Shown piece after piece: positions 23,128-32,182 of a DNA stretch of 64,000 nucleotides. Made by a program: the position numbers and the translations under genes. The notes under the pieces are model-generated. The model had not been told where the DNA came from. It saw only the letters and a program-made list of their open reading frames with translations, and ran no database searches. Each line of letters begins with the position of its first letter. Within the stretch, counting starts at the first letter, position 1. Source of the stretch: Candidatus Latescibacterota bacterium. GTDB lineage: Bacteria; Krumholzibacteriota; Krumholzibacteriia; WVZY01; JAKEHA01. The stretch lies in NCBI GenBank assembly GCA_963707635.1, contig OY970173.1, positions 544,001 to 608,000 of the forward strand, read 5' to 3'.

Positions 23128-25746
23128 ATGGCGAAACGAATCCTGACGACCGCGTTGCTCCTGTCGGCGGTTGTTGCGCAGCCGCCGACGGCCCGCGCGG
23201 CGAGCTTCGAGTCGATCCCGTCGTACTACCAGCAGCTCGACTTCAATCTGACCGGACCGACGAGCATGCCCGAAGCGGTGGGCGGCTACGCCAACCCCGC
23301 CGTGTATTCGCTGATGCCGGGCGCCGAGGCGGAGTATTACTGGTCGAGTTTCGACTCCGACGAGTTTCAGGGCGTGGACCGCTGGGGTCTCTTCCTCGGA
23401 CTCAAGCATCTCGGATTCGGTGTGACGCACACCCAGGCCCCGTTCTCGACCGGCGAGGCGAGCGTCACCGACTACCGGATTGGACTGGGTGGCGGGTCGC
23501 GCGCGTTCACCTTCGGCCTGGGGTACGGCTGGTCGGGCGGCGACGAGAGCGCGTTCGGGCGCGAGGACTTGATGCAGGTCGGGTTCGGGTATCGCCCGGG
23601 GCGGTACCTGTCGCTGGGCGGTGTCTGGGACTTCGGCATGCAGAGCGGTGACCGCCGCGAGCTCTACGACCTGGGCGTGCGCCCGCTCGGCGACCAGCGC
23701 CTGACCGTATTCGGTGACGTCGAGCTTACGAGCGTCGGCGGCGACTATCAGGACCACCCGCCGTACAGCGTTGGGGCGATGGTGGAGATTCCCGCCGGTC
23801 TGAAGCTCATCGGACGTTACTACGACGACAACCTGGTCGCCGACGAAGGCTTCAGCGTGGCCCTCGCGTACACGTTTGGCGGCGGGTTCGGGCAGGGCGT
23901 GGCGCGGGGCTCGGCGGCGGTCCGCTTCGATTCGGACAACAACCACGCCTACACCAACTGGGGTGTGCGCCTCGGCTTCCCCGAACGATCGAACATGCTC
24001 AAGCCGCTCAACCGCCACAGCGGCTACTTGGACCTGCGCGTCGGGGGCCAGGTCGCCTACACCACCTATCGCTTCCTCGACACGCGCCAGACGCTGCGCG
24101 AGATCATTTCCAACCTCGAGGCCGCGCGCACCGACGACCGCATCAGCGGCGTGGCCTTGAACCTCTCGGGCGCGAAACTTTCGCGCGGCACGGCGTGGGA
24201 GATCCGGCACAAGCTCGAGGAGCTGCGCGCGAGCGGGAAGAAGGTCGTCGTCTACATCGATGAAGCGGGCACCGCGACCTACTACGTCGCCAGCGTGGCG
24301 GATCGCGTGTTCATGGACCCCGAAGGGCTCCTGATTCTGCCGGGCTACGTCATGGGAAGAACGTACATCGCCAACATGCTCGAGAAGCTGGGCGTGGGTG
24401 TGGAGGAGTGGCGGTTCCTCAAGTACAAGAGCGCGATGGAGGCGCTCGTGCGCCACGAGATGAGCGATGCCGACCGCGAGCAGCGCCAGGCGCTGGTCGA
24501 TCAGGCGTACACGACGCTGCGCGACGACGTCGCGAAGAGCCGCAACGTGACGCCCGAAACCGTCGATCGCTGGATCGACGACGTGACGATATTCACAGCG
24601 CAGACGGCGGTCGACGAGAAGCTCGTCGATGTGCTGGGGCGGTGGGAGGACGTCAAGGACGACGTGAAGAAGACGGAAGGGCGCCGGCAACGTTTCGTCG
24701 GATCGGGAGAGCTGGAGGACAACTGGTATCCGTCGAAGCAATGGGGCCCGCGGCCGGAGGTGGCGGTCGTGTACGCGATCGGCCCGTGCGCGATGGACGA
24801 AGGCATCAACGCTCGCCGGCTGGAGAAGACGCTGCGCCGCCTGCGCGACGACCGCGGCGTCAAGGCGGTGGTGCTGCGGGTCGACTCGCCCGGCGGGAGC
24901 GCTCTCGCCTCCGATGTGGTTGCGGGGCAATTGAAGAAGATCATGGCGAAGAAGCCGGTGGTGGTGTCGCAGGGCGACGTGGCCGCCTCGGGCGGATACT
25001 GGCTTTCGATGTGCTCGCACCAGATCGTGGCGCAGCCGACCACCATCACGGGTTCGATCGGCGTCATCGCAGGCTGGGTGTGGGACAAGGGGTTGGGCGA
25101 GAAGGTCGGAATGGAGGGGGACTTCGTGAAGCGCGGCGAGCACGCGGATCTGTTTTTCTCGCTGCGGGTGCCGTTCTTTCCCGCGGCGATTCCGCACCGC
25201 GCCGCGAACAGCGAGGAACGCGACCGCGTGCTGGCCAGCATGAAGTCGCTCTACGCAGGTTTCGTCGGCGCCGTATCGAAGCATCGCAAGCTCCCGACCG
25301 AGCGGGTGGAAGCGGTGGCGCAGGGGCGCGTGTGGACCGGTGTGGCGGCCAAGGAGAACGGACTAGTGGACCGGATCGGCGGCCTCGAAGACGCCATCGC
25401 GCTCGCGCGCGAACTGGCCAAGATCGGCCCCGACGACGAAGTCGACGTGGTCGACTATTCGCCCCGTGGGCTGTTTCGATTCGACGTGCCCACGCCGTCG
25501 ATCAACGCCCCGTTTGCGAGCATCGGGGCACTGGCGTCGTGGGATGCGTTCGCGTCCGCCATGTTGCCGTGGGTGTTCGACGAGCCGGACGCAGATGCGG
25601 ACACGCAGGAATATCTTCGCGACTACGACTTGATGTACCTGAACCAGTTGGTGCAGAACGGCGGGCGCGCGTTGTGTCTGCTGCCGCCGGAGTATATTCC
25701 GCGCGACGAGTCGACCATACGAAATGCCACGTTGCCGGATCGGTGA
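23128..25746 (+). CDS. sppA: Signal peptide peptidase SppA (S49) with a large N-terminal beta-rich domain
   Basis: [33 protein letters not shown]. Confidence 0.88.
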   Translation: MAKRILTTALLLSAVVAQPPTARAASFESIPSYYQQLDFNLTGPTSMPEAVGGYANPAVYSLMPGAEAEYYWSSFDSDEFQGVDRWGLFLGLKHLGFGVTHTQAPFSTGEASVTDYRIGLGGGSRAFTFGLGYGWSGGDESAFGREDLMQVGFGYRPGRYLSLGGVWDFGMQSGDRRELYDLGVRPLGDQRLTVFGDVELTSVGGDYQDHPPYSVGAMVEIPAGLKLIGRYYDDNLVADEGFSVALAYTFGGGFGQGVARGSAAVRFDSDNNHAYTNWGVRLGFPERSNMLKPLNRHSGYLDLRVGGQVAYTTYRFLDTRQTLREIISNLEAARTDDRISGVALNLSGAKLSRGTAWEIRHKLEELRASGKKVVVYIDEAGTATYYVASVADRVFMDPEGLLILPGYVMGRTYIANMLEKLGVGVEEWRFLKYKSAMEALVRHEMSDADREQRQALVDQAYTTLRDDVAKSRNVTPETVDRWIDDVTIFTAQTAVDEKLVDVLGRWEDVKDDVKKTEGRRQRFVGSGELEDNWYPSKQWGPRPEVAVVYAIGPCAMDEGINARRLEKTLRRLRDDRGVKAVVLRVDSPGGSALASDVVAGQLKKIMAKKPVVVSQGDVAASGGYWLSMCSHQIVAQPTTITGSIGVIAGWVWDKGLGEKVGMEGDFVKRGEHADLFFSLRVPFFPAAIPHRAANSEERDRVLASMKSLYAGFVGAVSKHRKLPTERVEAVAQGRVWTGVAAKENGLVDRIGGLEDAIALARELAKIGPDDEVDVVDYSPRGLFRFDVPTPSINAPFASIGALASWDAFASAMLPWVFDEPDADADTQEYLRDYDLMYLNQLVQNGGRALCLLPPEYIPRDESTIRNATLPDR

Positions 25747-25904
25747 TCCGCGACTATATTTCAGTGCCGACCGCGCGAGCGGTCGGGTCATGCAAGGGTG
25801 GGGGTCCGATGGCCGAAAGGCCGTCGGGTAGGCCTCCAAGTCGGCGCGCGCCATGACGCGAGTTGTGGTTGCGCGCCGCTTTGCGTTTGAACCGGAGGAG
25901 CGGA

Positions 25905-26201
25905 ATGGAGACTCACAAGCGGTCGATGGTCAAATCCATCACCTGGCGTATCATCGGCGTCTTCCTGCTGGGCGGCATCGCGTACAGCGTCACCAGGAAC
26001 TGGAAGGAGATGTCGATCATCACCATCCTCTTCCACAGCATTCGCATGGTGCTTTACTACTTCCACGAGCGCATCTGGCTCCGGGTGAAGTGGGGGAAAA
26101 TCCTGCATCCATTGGCGGAGATCGAGGTCAACGGCAAGCTGACCCCCGAAGATCTGGATGAAATCCGCGCGCGGCTGCGCGCGATGGGCTACCTGGAGTG
26201 A
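25905..26201 (+). CDS. DUF2061-like small membrane protein
   Basis: GGAGG RBS; METHKRSMVKSITWR...YYFHERIW. Confidence 0.8.
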   Translation: METHKRSMVKSITWRIIGVFLLGGIAYSVTRNWKEMSIITILFHSIRMVLYYFHERIWLRVKWGKILHPLAEIEVNGKLTPEDLDEIRARLRAMGYLE

Positions 26202-26224
26202 GGCCGAGCGCCCTGCAGCTGGAA

Positions 26225-26730
26225 ACAGAAAAGGGACCTGCCGGAGGGCAAGCGGTCCCTTTTCTCCCGCTATGGCGATGTTGCCGTAGCTCGGTGCGCG
26301 CCGATCTTTTCGACTGGGGTGCCCGCACAGCCTCTCTGGAGAGAATGTCGAAAACGACCGGCGCGCGTTAGACTGTCTCGCAAATGAATCCCTCCCCCAA
26401 GAGGAACCCACGAGTTCGAGCCTTCCTACTGCGCTAACGCCGCGCTCACCACCACGACCCGTCGGTTCGCACCGCGTTACCGAACGATTCGGTCGGCTCG
26501 ATTCTGTCGCCTTCGCGGTGTGCGATGGACCTCCTTTCGCCAAGCCCGCGCTTCGACGCGAGGCTAACGCTCCGGGTGTCGATGGCGCGTCGAACTCACT
26601 CGCGCCGAAGCGCGTACCCTGCCCCTGGCGTGATTCCGTAGAATCCCGTCGCGTTGCGCCTCGATCATTCGTCTGGATGCCCTGCACGGCGGTGCGCGTC
26701 GAAGCGGAACGGCGCTGCAATCCTAGCCCC
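26225..26730 (-). ncRNA. Candidate large (~500 nt) structured non-coding RNA of unrecognised class
   Basis: Own promoter and terminator; no credible ORF; C(UUCG)G and C(UACG)G tetraloop hairpins; 12-bp and ~19-bp long-range helices. Confidence 0.7.
26227..26265. terminator. Bidirectional intrinsic terminator
   Basis: AGAAAAGGGACC...GGTCCCTTTTCT inverted repeat giving a CUUUUCU tail on both strands. Confidence 0.8.
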
Positions 26731-26736
26731 GCACAT

Positions 26737-26764
26737 AAACTATCCAGTAAACGCCAGTTGTCAA
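26737..26764 (-). promoter_or_regulatory. Sigma70-type promoter TTGACA-16 nt-TAGTTT
   Basis: Consensus -35 at 26764-26759 and -10 at 26742-26737, pointing into the non-coding region. Confidence 0.7.
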
Positions 26765-26829
26765 GGGGAGGGACGAAGATTCTTGCGAGACGCTGGTGAA
26801 TCGACTCACTAGCTGTTCACGGGGAGCGT

Positions 26830-26923
26830 GCAGGCGATATATCGGACTCCGCGCTCATGCGCTCGCGCGCACATGTTGTACGCGCGACTCGCGAAATCGC
26901 GCTTCGCCCGACATATCGCCTGC
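26830..26923. repeat. REP/REPIN-like element A, copy 1
   Basis: Terminal IR GCAGGCGATATATCGG...CCGACATATCGCCTGC; near-identical copy at 37447-37540. Confidence 0.8.
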
Positions 26924-26927
26924 CTGA

Positions 26928-27019
26928 GGGTGGGATGCACTCCCTCGCACCGCCAATCCGCAGTCGCGCATTTCAACATGTGCGCGGGAGGACGGCGGTA
27001 GAGGGAGTGCATCCCACCC
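26928..27019. repeat. REP/REPIN-like element B
   Basis: Perfect 19-bp IR GGGTGGGATGCACTCCCTC / GAGGGAGTGCATCCCACCC; degenerate half copy near 37415-37433. Confidence 0.75.
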
Positions 27020-27028
27020 CGCAGAATG

Positions 27029-28408
27029 TCAGCGGCCTGGCAGGAACGTAACTTCGAACAGCTTCGAGCGCGCCAGACGCGACTTCACGATCGCGCGGAA
27101 CTGTTCCGGCGTGAGGGCATTGACCTCGGCGACGAATTCGTCGGTGGTCCGGCCCTCGCGCAGCATGTGCCGCATGCCGATGTTCAACGCCTCCTGGCCT
27201 ATCACCTGGTGGTGGGCCATTGGATAGTCGGGCGCGTCCGGTTTGAGCATGGTCGTGGACATGAAGCTGGTGGCGTTCGCCTTGATGCTTTCGACTCGCG
27301 AGTCTTCCTCCAGCAGCTTGATCGCGCCCTCCAGGTGCTGAAGGAGCAGCGAACCCACTTCAGCGACGTCGCGGCCGGTTGGCTGGGCGTAGAGGAAGAA
27401 CGGCATCTCTCCCACGCGATAAACCTGGTTCGTGCAGTAGATGACCTGGTTGCCGCTGTAGAGCGCCGGTGACGAATTCATGTACTGATTCAAGAACGAG
27501 CCGAACAGGGAAAGGACCAGGCGCTCGCGGTAGTCGTCGTAGGGGCCGGGCGCGATGTAATAGATCGCGCTCGCGCTCACGTCCCAGGTGGCGTGGAGGT
27601 CGCGCTCGAGCCGCGGAACCCGCACGGGCGGCGCCGGGCGGCGCGGAATCGATTCGAGATGCTTGCGCACCAGCGCCTCGGCATCCGCTTTTTTGAAGTC
27701 GCCGACGATGACGATCACCATGTCATCCGGCCGGAAGTACTCCAGCTGGAACTTCTGCGCTTCCGGTATCGTCAGGCGACGGGTGCCTTCGCGGATGTCG
27801 ACGTGCATCTGACCGAAGTTCATGGCCTGGTTCAGCGCCATCATCGCGAACTTGGTGAGCGCGAGCTTGGGGGTGGAGATGGTCTGGTCGATTTCACTGA
27901 TCACCTTGTCCTGTTCGCGCTTCAGAATCTTGTCCTCGCACGTCATGCCCCCGAGCCGCGCAGCCTCGACGCGCAGGGCGTCCTCGAAGTGGTTCCCCCT
28001 CACGATGTAGTCGAAATGGATGAAATCGCCGAGTGTCTCCGCGTTGGCCATGCCGCGGTCGGTGCGCAGGAGGTTCCACGCTTCCTCGGTGCCGAAGGGG
28101 CCGCTCGCGCAGTAGATGGTAAGGTGCTCGGTCAGGTGCGATAACTGGGGCCGGCCCCTGGGTTCGTCCATGAAACCCACCGGGTAGAGCGTCTCGATCG
28201 CGATCTGATTGCTGGTGTGCTCCTCCTGCAGGTAAACCGTGATGCCGTTGGACAGCGCGAACGAGGACAAATCCGACATATCGCGCTTGAACGACTCCAG
28301 GTCCGCGCGCTCGAACTTCTCCGCCTCCTGCTCGTCCTTCTGGCAGGAGAGGGTCGCCGGAATGATGGCGGCGGCCAGCAGGGCGGCGGCCACAGGAGTA
28401 ACTCGCAT
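27029..28408 (-). CDS. M16 (insulinase/pitrilysin) family peptidase lipoprotein
   Basis: Lipobox TLSC; LSNGITVYL; inverted zinc motif HLTEH; YFRPDDMVIVIVGDF. Confidence 0.85.
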   Translation of the reverse strand: MRVTPVAAALLAAAIIPATLSCQKDEQEAEKFERADLESFKRDMSDLSSFALSNGITVYLQEEHTSNQIAIETLYPVGFMDEPRGRPQLSHLTEHLTIYCASGPFGTEEAWNLLRTDRGMANAETLGDFIHFDYIVRGNHFEDALRVEAARLGGMTCEDKILKREQDKVISEIDQTISTPKLALTKFAMMALNQAMNFGQMHVDIREGTRRLTIPEAQKFQLEYFRPDDMVIVIVGDFKKADAEALVRKHLESIPRRPAPPVRVPRLERDLHATWDVSASAIYYIAPGPYDDYRERLVLSLFGSFLNQYMNSSPALYSGNQVIYCTNQVYRVGEMPFFLYAQPTGRDVAEVGSLLLQHLEGAIKLLEEDSRVESIKANATSFMSTTMLKPDAPDYPMAHHQVIGQEALNIGMRHMLREGRTTDEFVAEVNALTPEQFRAIVKSRLARSKLFEVTFLPGR

Positions 28409-28775
28409 GAGCAGTCCTTTCATCGTTGGAAGTGCCTGTAGGATCCGGCGATTATACGGTAGAACCGGTTCAACGGCAACACGTTGGTACGATACGCCGC
28501 CAGGCGCGGCTGCTGCCACCCAGGGTTTGGAAACAAGATCGGGAACTCGCCGCCCAAATCGCCGTATGAGAGACCGGGGCAAACAGGAACATCCAGGGTT
28601 GCTTGTGGAGGACTCTTTGAATCGCGGCGACGTATTCCCCCCGGATCCCGCCCGGGATCCGTTCGGGAGCCTCGAAGCCGCGAATCGTTGCTGAGAAGGA
28701 ATCGACAAGGTTGCTATGGGTGTCGCGAGAGCCCGGCCGATCCTACACGGCCGGGCTCTCGTCTTTTCAACCGCC

Positions 28776-29729
28776 CTATTCCCGCGGCTCGACCAGGTGG
28801 AACCTGCGCATGTCCATCTCCACGATCCCGTCGTCGGCGAGCGAGAGGATGCTCGCAAACCGGGCCCCGACGTCGATCTCCTCGTGGGTGTACGACGTGC
28901 GCGCGTGCACGCTCTGCGAGAACGTTTCGTCCATGGCGGTGACCAGGACCATGATCTCGGCGCTGTCCCGCGCCAGGTCCTCCCGCGTCAGTGCATGGAG
29001 GGGGCTGCGGTCGGTGATCGGATGCACCACCGTCAGGTGAAGCGGGATGAACGCCACGCGCTCGCGTTCCAGGCCCAGCGTGTAGTAGCGCCGCACCCGC
29101 CCGCCCGGACCCGATTCCAGCCGGCTGAACAGCACACGCACCCGAAGTTCGATGAGCTGATTCTTGCGTGCGTTGGCGAAGCGGAACATGAGCGCAGTGC
29201 CGTCCTGGCGCGGCGCGATGACGGCGGTGCGGCTGAAGACGAGCTTGGCCATCGGGCGCGAAAAGCGCGCGAACACCAGACCGGCGGCGATCGCATACAT
29301 GATGAACCCGACCCACAATTCCGCCACGGCGATGGCGTTGGCGACAAAGGTGAGCGGGCTCACCCGGCCGAAGCCGACGGTCGACAGCGTCTGCGCGCTC
29401 AGAAAGAAGGACTCGACGAGCCGGGTCGAGAACGAGTCCCCCTCGGCGCCGGCGAGAGCGCCTGGCCCGCACAGCGCGTACGCGAACGCAAAAACGATGT
29501 TGGTCGCCACGTAGAAAATACCGATGACGAGAAAGAACCGCGTCCATGAAATCGTCAGCAGCTCGTGGTACGGGCTCCAGCTGCGGGAGGGACGCAGGCC
29601 GGTGCGGCGCGCGTTGAAAGTCCCGTCGCGATTGAGCAGGCGGCGCCCGCTCGCCGCGGACACCTTGGCGCCGAACCCCGGGTCCTCCGGGTCCTCCGCG
29701 AATCGCCGATGGAAGATGTCGGTGATCAC
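28776..29729 (-). CDS. Inward-rectifier potassium channel (KirBac-like)
   Basis: FFLSAQTLSTVGFG filter, GLVFARFSRP, LMFRFANAR, VHPITDRSPL, DETFSQ. Confidence 0.92.
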   Translation of the reverse strand: MITDIFHRRFAEDPEDPGFGAKVSAASGRRLLNRDGTFNARRTGLRPSRSWSPYHELLTISWTRFFLVIGIFYVATNIVFAFAYALCGPGALAGAEGDSFSTRLVESFFLSAQTLSTVGFGRVSPLTFVANAIAVAELWVGFIMYAIAAGLVFARFSRPMAKLVFSRTAVIAPRQDGTALMFRFANARKNQLIELRVRVLFSRLESGPGGRVRRYYTLGLERERVAFIPLHLTVVHPITDRSPLHALTREDLARDSAEIMVLVTAMDETFSQSVHARTSYTHEEIDVGARFASILSLADDGIVEMDMRRFHLVEPRE

Positions 29730-31951
29730 GGCGTGAGGCCCTGCACGGTGGCGGCCGAATTCCCCTTCAGGTTGCGGTCGAAGAACTCGGTCATCTTCCG
29801 GTAGAGGTGGATCCGGTCCGCGGGGGCGGCGATGCCGTGGTCCCGCTGCGGATAGAACATCAGGTCGAAGTCCTTGCCGGCGTCGATCAGCTTGCGCGTG
29901 AGCGCGACGGTGTTCTGCATGTGCACGTTGTCGTCCGCGTCGCCCTGCATGACGAGCAGGTTCCCCTTGAGCTTGCCGGCGTGCGTGAGCGGGGCCGACT
30001 CGTCGTAACCGGAGGCGTTGTCCGCCGGGAGTTTCATGTAACGCTCGGTGTAGATCGAGTCGTACAGGCGCCAGTCGGTGACGGGCGCCACCGCGACCCC
30101 GGCGCGGAACACGTCGGGCGCGTTGAACATCGACATGAGAGTCATGTAGCCCCCGTAACTCCACCCCCACACGCCGATGCGTTCGGGGTCGACGTAGGGG
30201 AGCGACTTCATGTACTCCACGCCTGCCACTTGATCCTGGAGCTCGATGTCGCCCATGCGCTTCAGCAGCGGCTCCTCCCAGGCCTTGCCGCGCCCGAAGG
30301 ACCCGCGGTTATCGATGCTGAAGACCAGATATCCGCGCGAGGCCATGCACGCGTGCCAGAGGTCCTGGCGCGACCACGCCTTCTGAACGACCTGGGAATG
30401 GGGTCCGCCGTAGACGAATACCAGCACCGGATATTTCTTCGACGGGTCCATGTCCAGCGGCTTCCAGAGGCGGCACTGATACACGCGCTGCTCGTGCTCG
30501 ATGGTAAAGAACTCGGGCACCGGGTACTTCATCGCCTTGAGCGCCGGGGTCAGCTGGTCGCCCACGTCGAAGAGCTTCTTGCCGTTGGCCGCGTGCACGG
30601 AGACGCGTGTCGGTCGAACGTGCGAGCTGAACGCGTCGACGAAGTACTTGAAGTCGGGAGACATCGACGTGCGGTGCGTGCCCTCTTCCGACGTGAGACG
30701 CTTCATGTCCTTGCCGTTTTCCGAGATCTGGTAGAGGTGCTGCTCGAGCACGCTGCCCTCATTGGCCGTGAAGAAGATGCGGCCCTTCTTCTCGTCCACG
30801 CCGTCGAGCTCGATCACTTCCCAGTCGCCGCGCGTGACCTGCCGGATCAAACTCCCATCGAGATTGAAGAGGTACAGGTGATTGTGGCCGTCGCGTTCGG
30901 ATCCCCAGAGGAACTGACGCTTCTTCTGGTAGTAGTGCTTGTCGTCGTTCACGTTTACCCAGGTAGGCGACCCCTCTTCCATGCCTACGTCGGCGCTGCC
31001 GGTGGCGGGGTCGGCGAAAAAGAGCGTCAGGTGGTCCTGCGCCCGGTTGATCTTCTCGATCGCGACCGCGTGCGAATCGCCGGTCCAGTACACGCGCGCG
31101 ATATAGCTATCGTCGCGCGTGTCGACATCGGTCCATACCACGTCTCCGCCGCGAACCGGGACGACGCCGACGCGCACGACGGGGTTCGGGTCGCCGGGCC
31201 GCGGGTAGTGCTGGAGGGTGTAGGAGGCCCGCGTCGGAATCTGGTCGACGATCGGATACACGGGCACCGGGCTCTCGTTGATCTCGAGGAACACGATCTG
31301 CGTCCCGTCCGGAGACCACCAGTGCGCGCGGACGTCGCCGCGGGTGAACAGCTCCTCCATGTAGACCCAGTCGAGGGTCCCGTTCAGCAGCGAATCGGAG
31401 CCGGTCGCGGTGTGCCGGAATTCGGTGTGGCCCGCGAGGTCCATGGTATAGAGGTCGTTGCCCCGCGTGTAGGCGAGCATGCCTCCGTCGGGCGAAAACG
31501 ACGGGTTCTTCTCCTCGCCGTCGGTGTCGGTGACGCGCTCGATGCGACCATTCGACCGCTGGATCAGGAACACGTCCCCGCCGAAGGTGAAGACGCCGCG
31601 TTCGCCGTCGCGGTCCCATTCCAGGCCGCCGAAGGAGAAGCGGGAGCCCTCGCCGGACTTGAGATCCGCCGGGACGGTGACGGTGTCCGGAATCGCGATC
31701 ACGTGTTCCTTCCCCGACGGGACTTCACGGAAGACCAGGACGGTCTTCATGCCGCCCTCGCCCAGGGTTCTCGTCACGCAGGACACCCCCCGGCTACCCA
31801 CCCACTTGATCGGCATCGGCAGGGGTTGCAGCAGGGGCGGCATGGAGAGAAGCCGGTCGAGTGTCAGTTCCTCGGCGAGCGCGACGGCGGGGACGGTGGA
31901 AACGGCCAGGGCGAAAAAGCCCCCGGCCAGCATGCGACAGACGTGTGCCAT
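29726..31951 (-). CDS. S9B dipeptidyl-peptidase IV family protein
   Basis: Signal peptide; DWVYMEE, WWSPDG, YGGP, GWSYGG, DDNVH, DHGI. Confidence 0.93.
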   Translation of the reverse strand: MAHVCRMLAGGFFALAVSTVPAVALAEELTLDRLLSMPPLLQPLPMPIKWVGSRGVSCVTRTLGEGGMKTVLVFREVPSGKEHVIAIPDTVTVPADLKSGEGSRFSFGGLEWDRDGERGVFTFGGDVFLIQRSNGRIERVTDTDGEEKNPSFSPDGGMLAYTRGNDLYTMDLAGHTEFRHTATGSDSLLNGTLDWVYMEELFTRGDVRAHWWSPDGTQIVFLEINESPVPVYPIVDQIPTRASYTLQHYPRPGDPNPVVRVGVVPVRGGDVVWTDVDTRDDSYIARVYWTGDSHAVAIEKINRAQDHLTLFFADPATGSADVGMEEGSPTWVNVNDDKHYYQKKRQFLWGSERDGHNHLYLFNLDGSLIRQVTRGDWEVIELDGVDEKKGRIFFTANEGSVLEQHLYQISENGKDMKRLTSEEGTHRTSMSPDFKYFVDAFSSHVRPTRVSVHAANGKKLFDVGDQLTPALKAMKYPVPEFFTIEHEQRVYQCRLWKPLDMDPSKKYPVLVFVYGGPHSQVVQKAWSRQDLWHACMASRGYLVFSIDNRGSFGRGKAWEEPLLKRMGDIELQDQVAGVEYMKSLPYVDPERIGVWGWSYGGYMTLMSMFNAPDVFRAGVAVAPVTDWRLYDSIYTERYMKLPADNASGYDESAPLTHAGKLKGNLLVMQGDADDNVHMQNTVALTRKLIDAGKDFDLMFYPQRDHGIAAPADRIHLYRKMTEFFDRNLKGNSAATVQGLTP

Positions 31952-32182
31952 GTGAAGCCTCCTCGAAGCGAACCGGATGGAAAGACGTGACGCCCAGCTT
32001 ACCACACCCCACCCGATTACGGGTTGAAACCGCGTGGGTTTCGCCCTATCATCCCACCCGAGAGTGGTGCGGTGAAGGGTGCCGCCAAGGAAAAACCATC
32101 CGGCGATGGAACGAAACCCCCGCCAGCTTCGTACTAGCTGATCAACCCACCAGTCCCATCCTTCCCAGGAGGTTAGAGGAGC

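Noticed and set aside
25788..26720. 310-aa minus-strand ORF spanning the RNA candidate
   Set aside because: Arg/Ser-rich with no motif, TTG start without RBS, runs through a terminator and antisense across the DUF2061-like gene
26225..26735. Assignment of the RNA candidate to tmRNA, RNase P RNA or a group I/II intron
   Set aside because: Starts GGGGC but has no T-arm/CCA end. Short RNase P-like words (CCAGACGAAUGAUCG, CACCCGGAGC, GACAGAA) are out of order, and GAGGAAAGUCC and AACCCGGCUUA are absent. A GUGCG precedes the predicted start, but there is no convincing domain V or interrupted host gene
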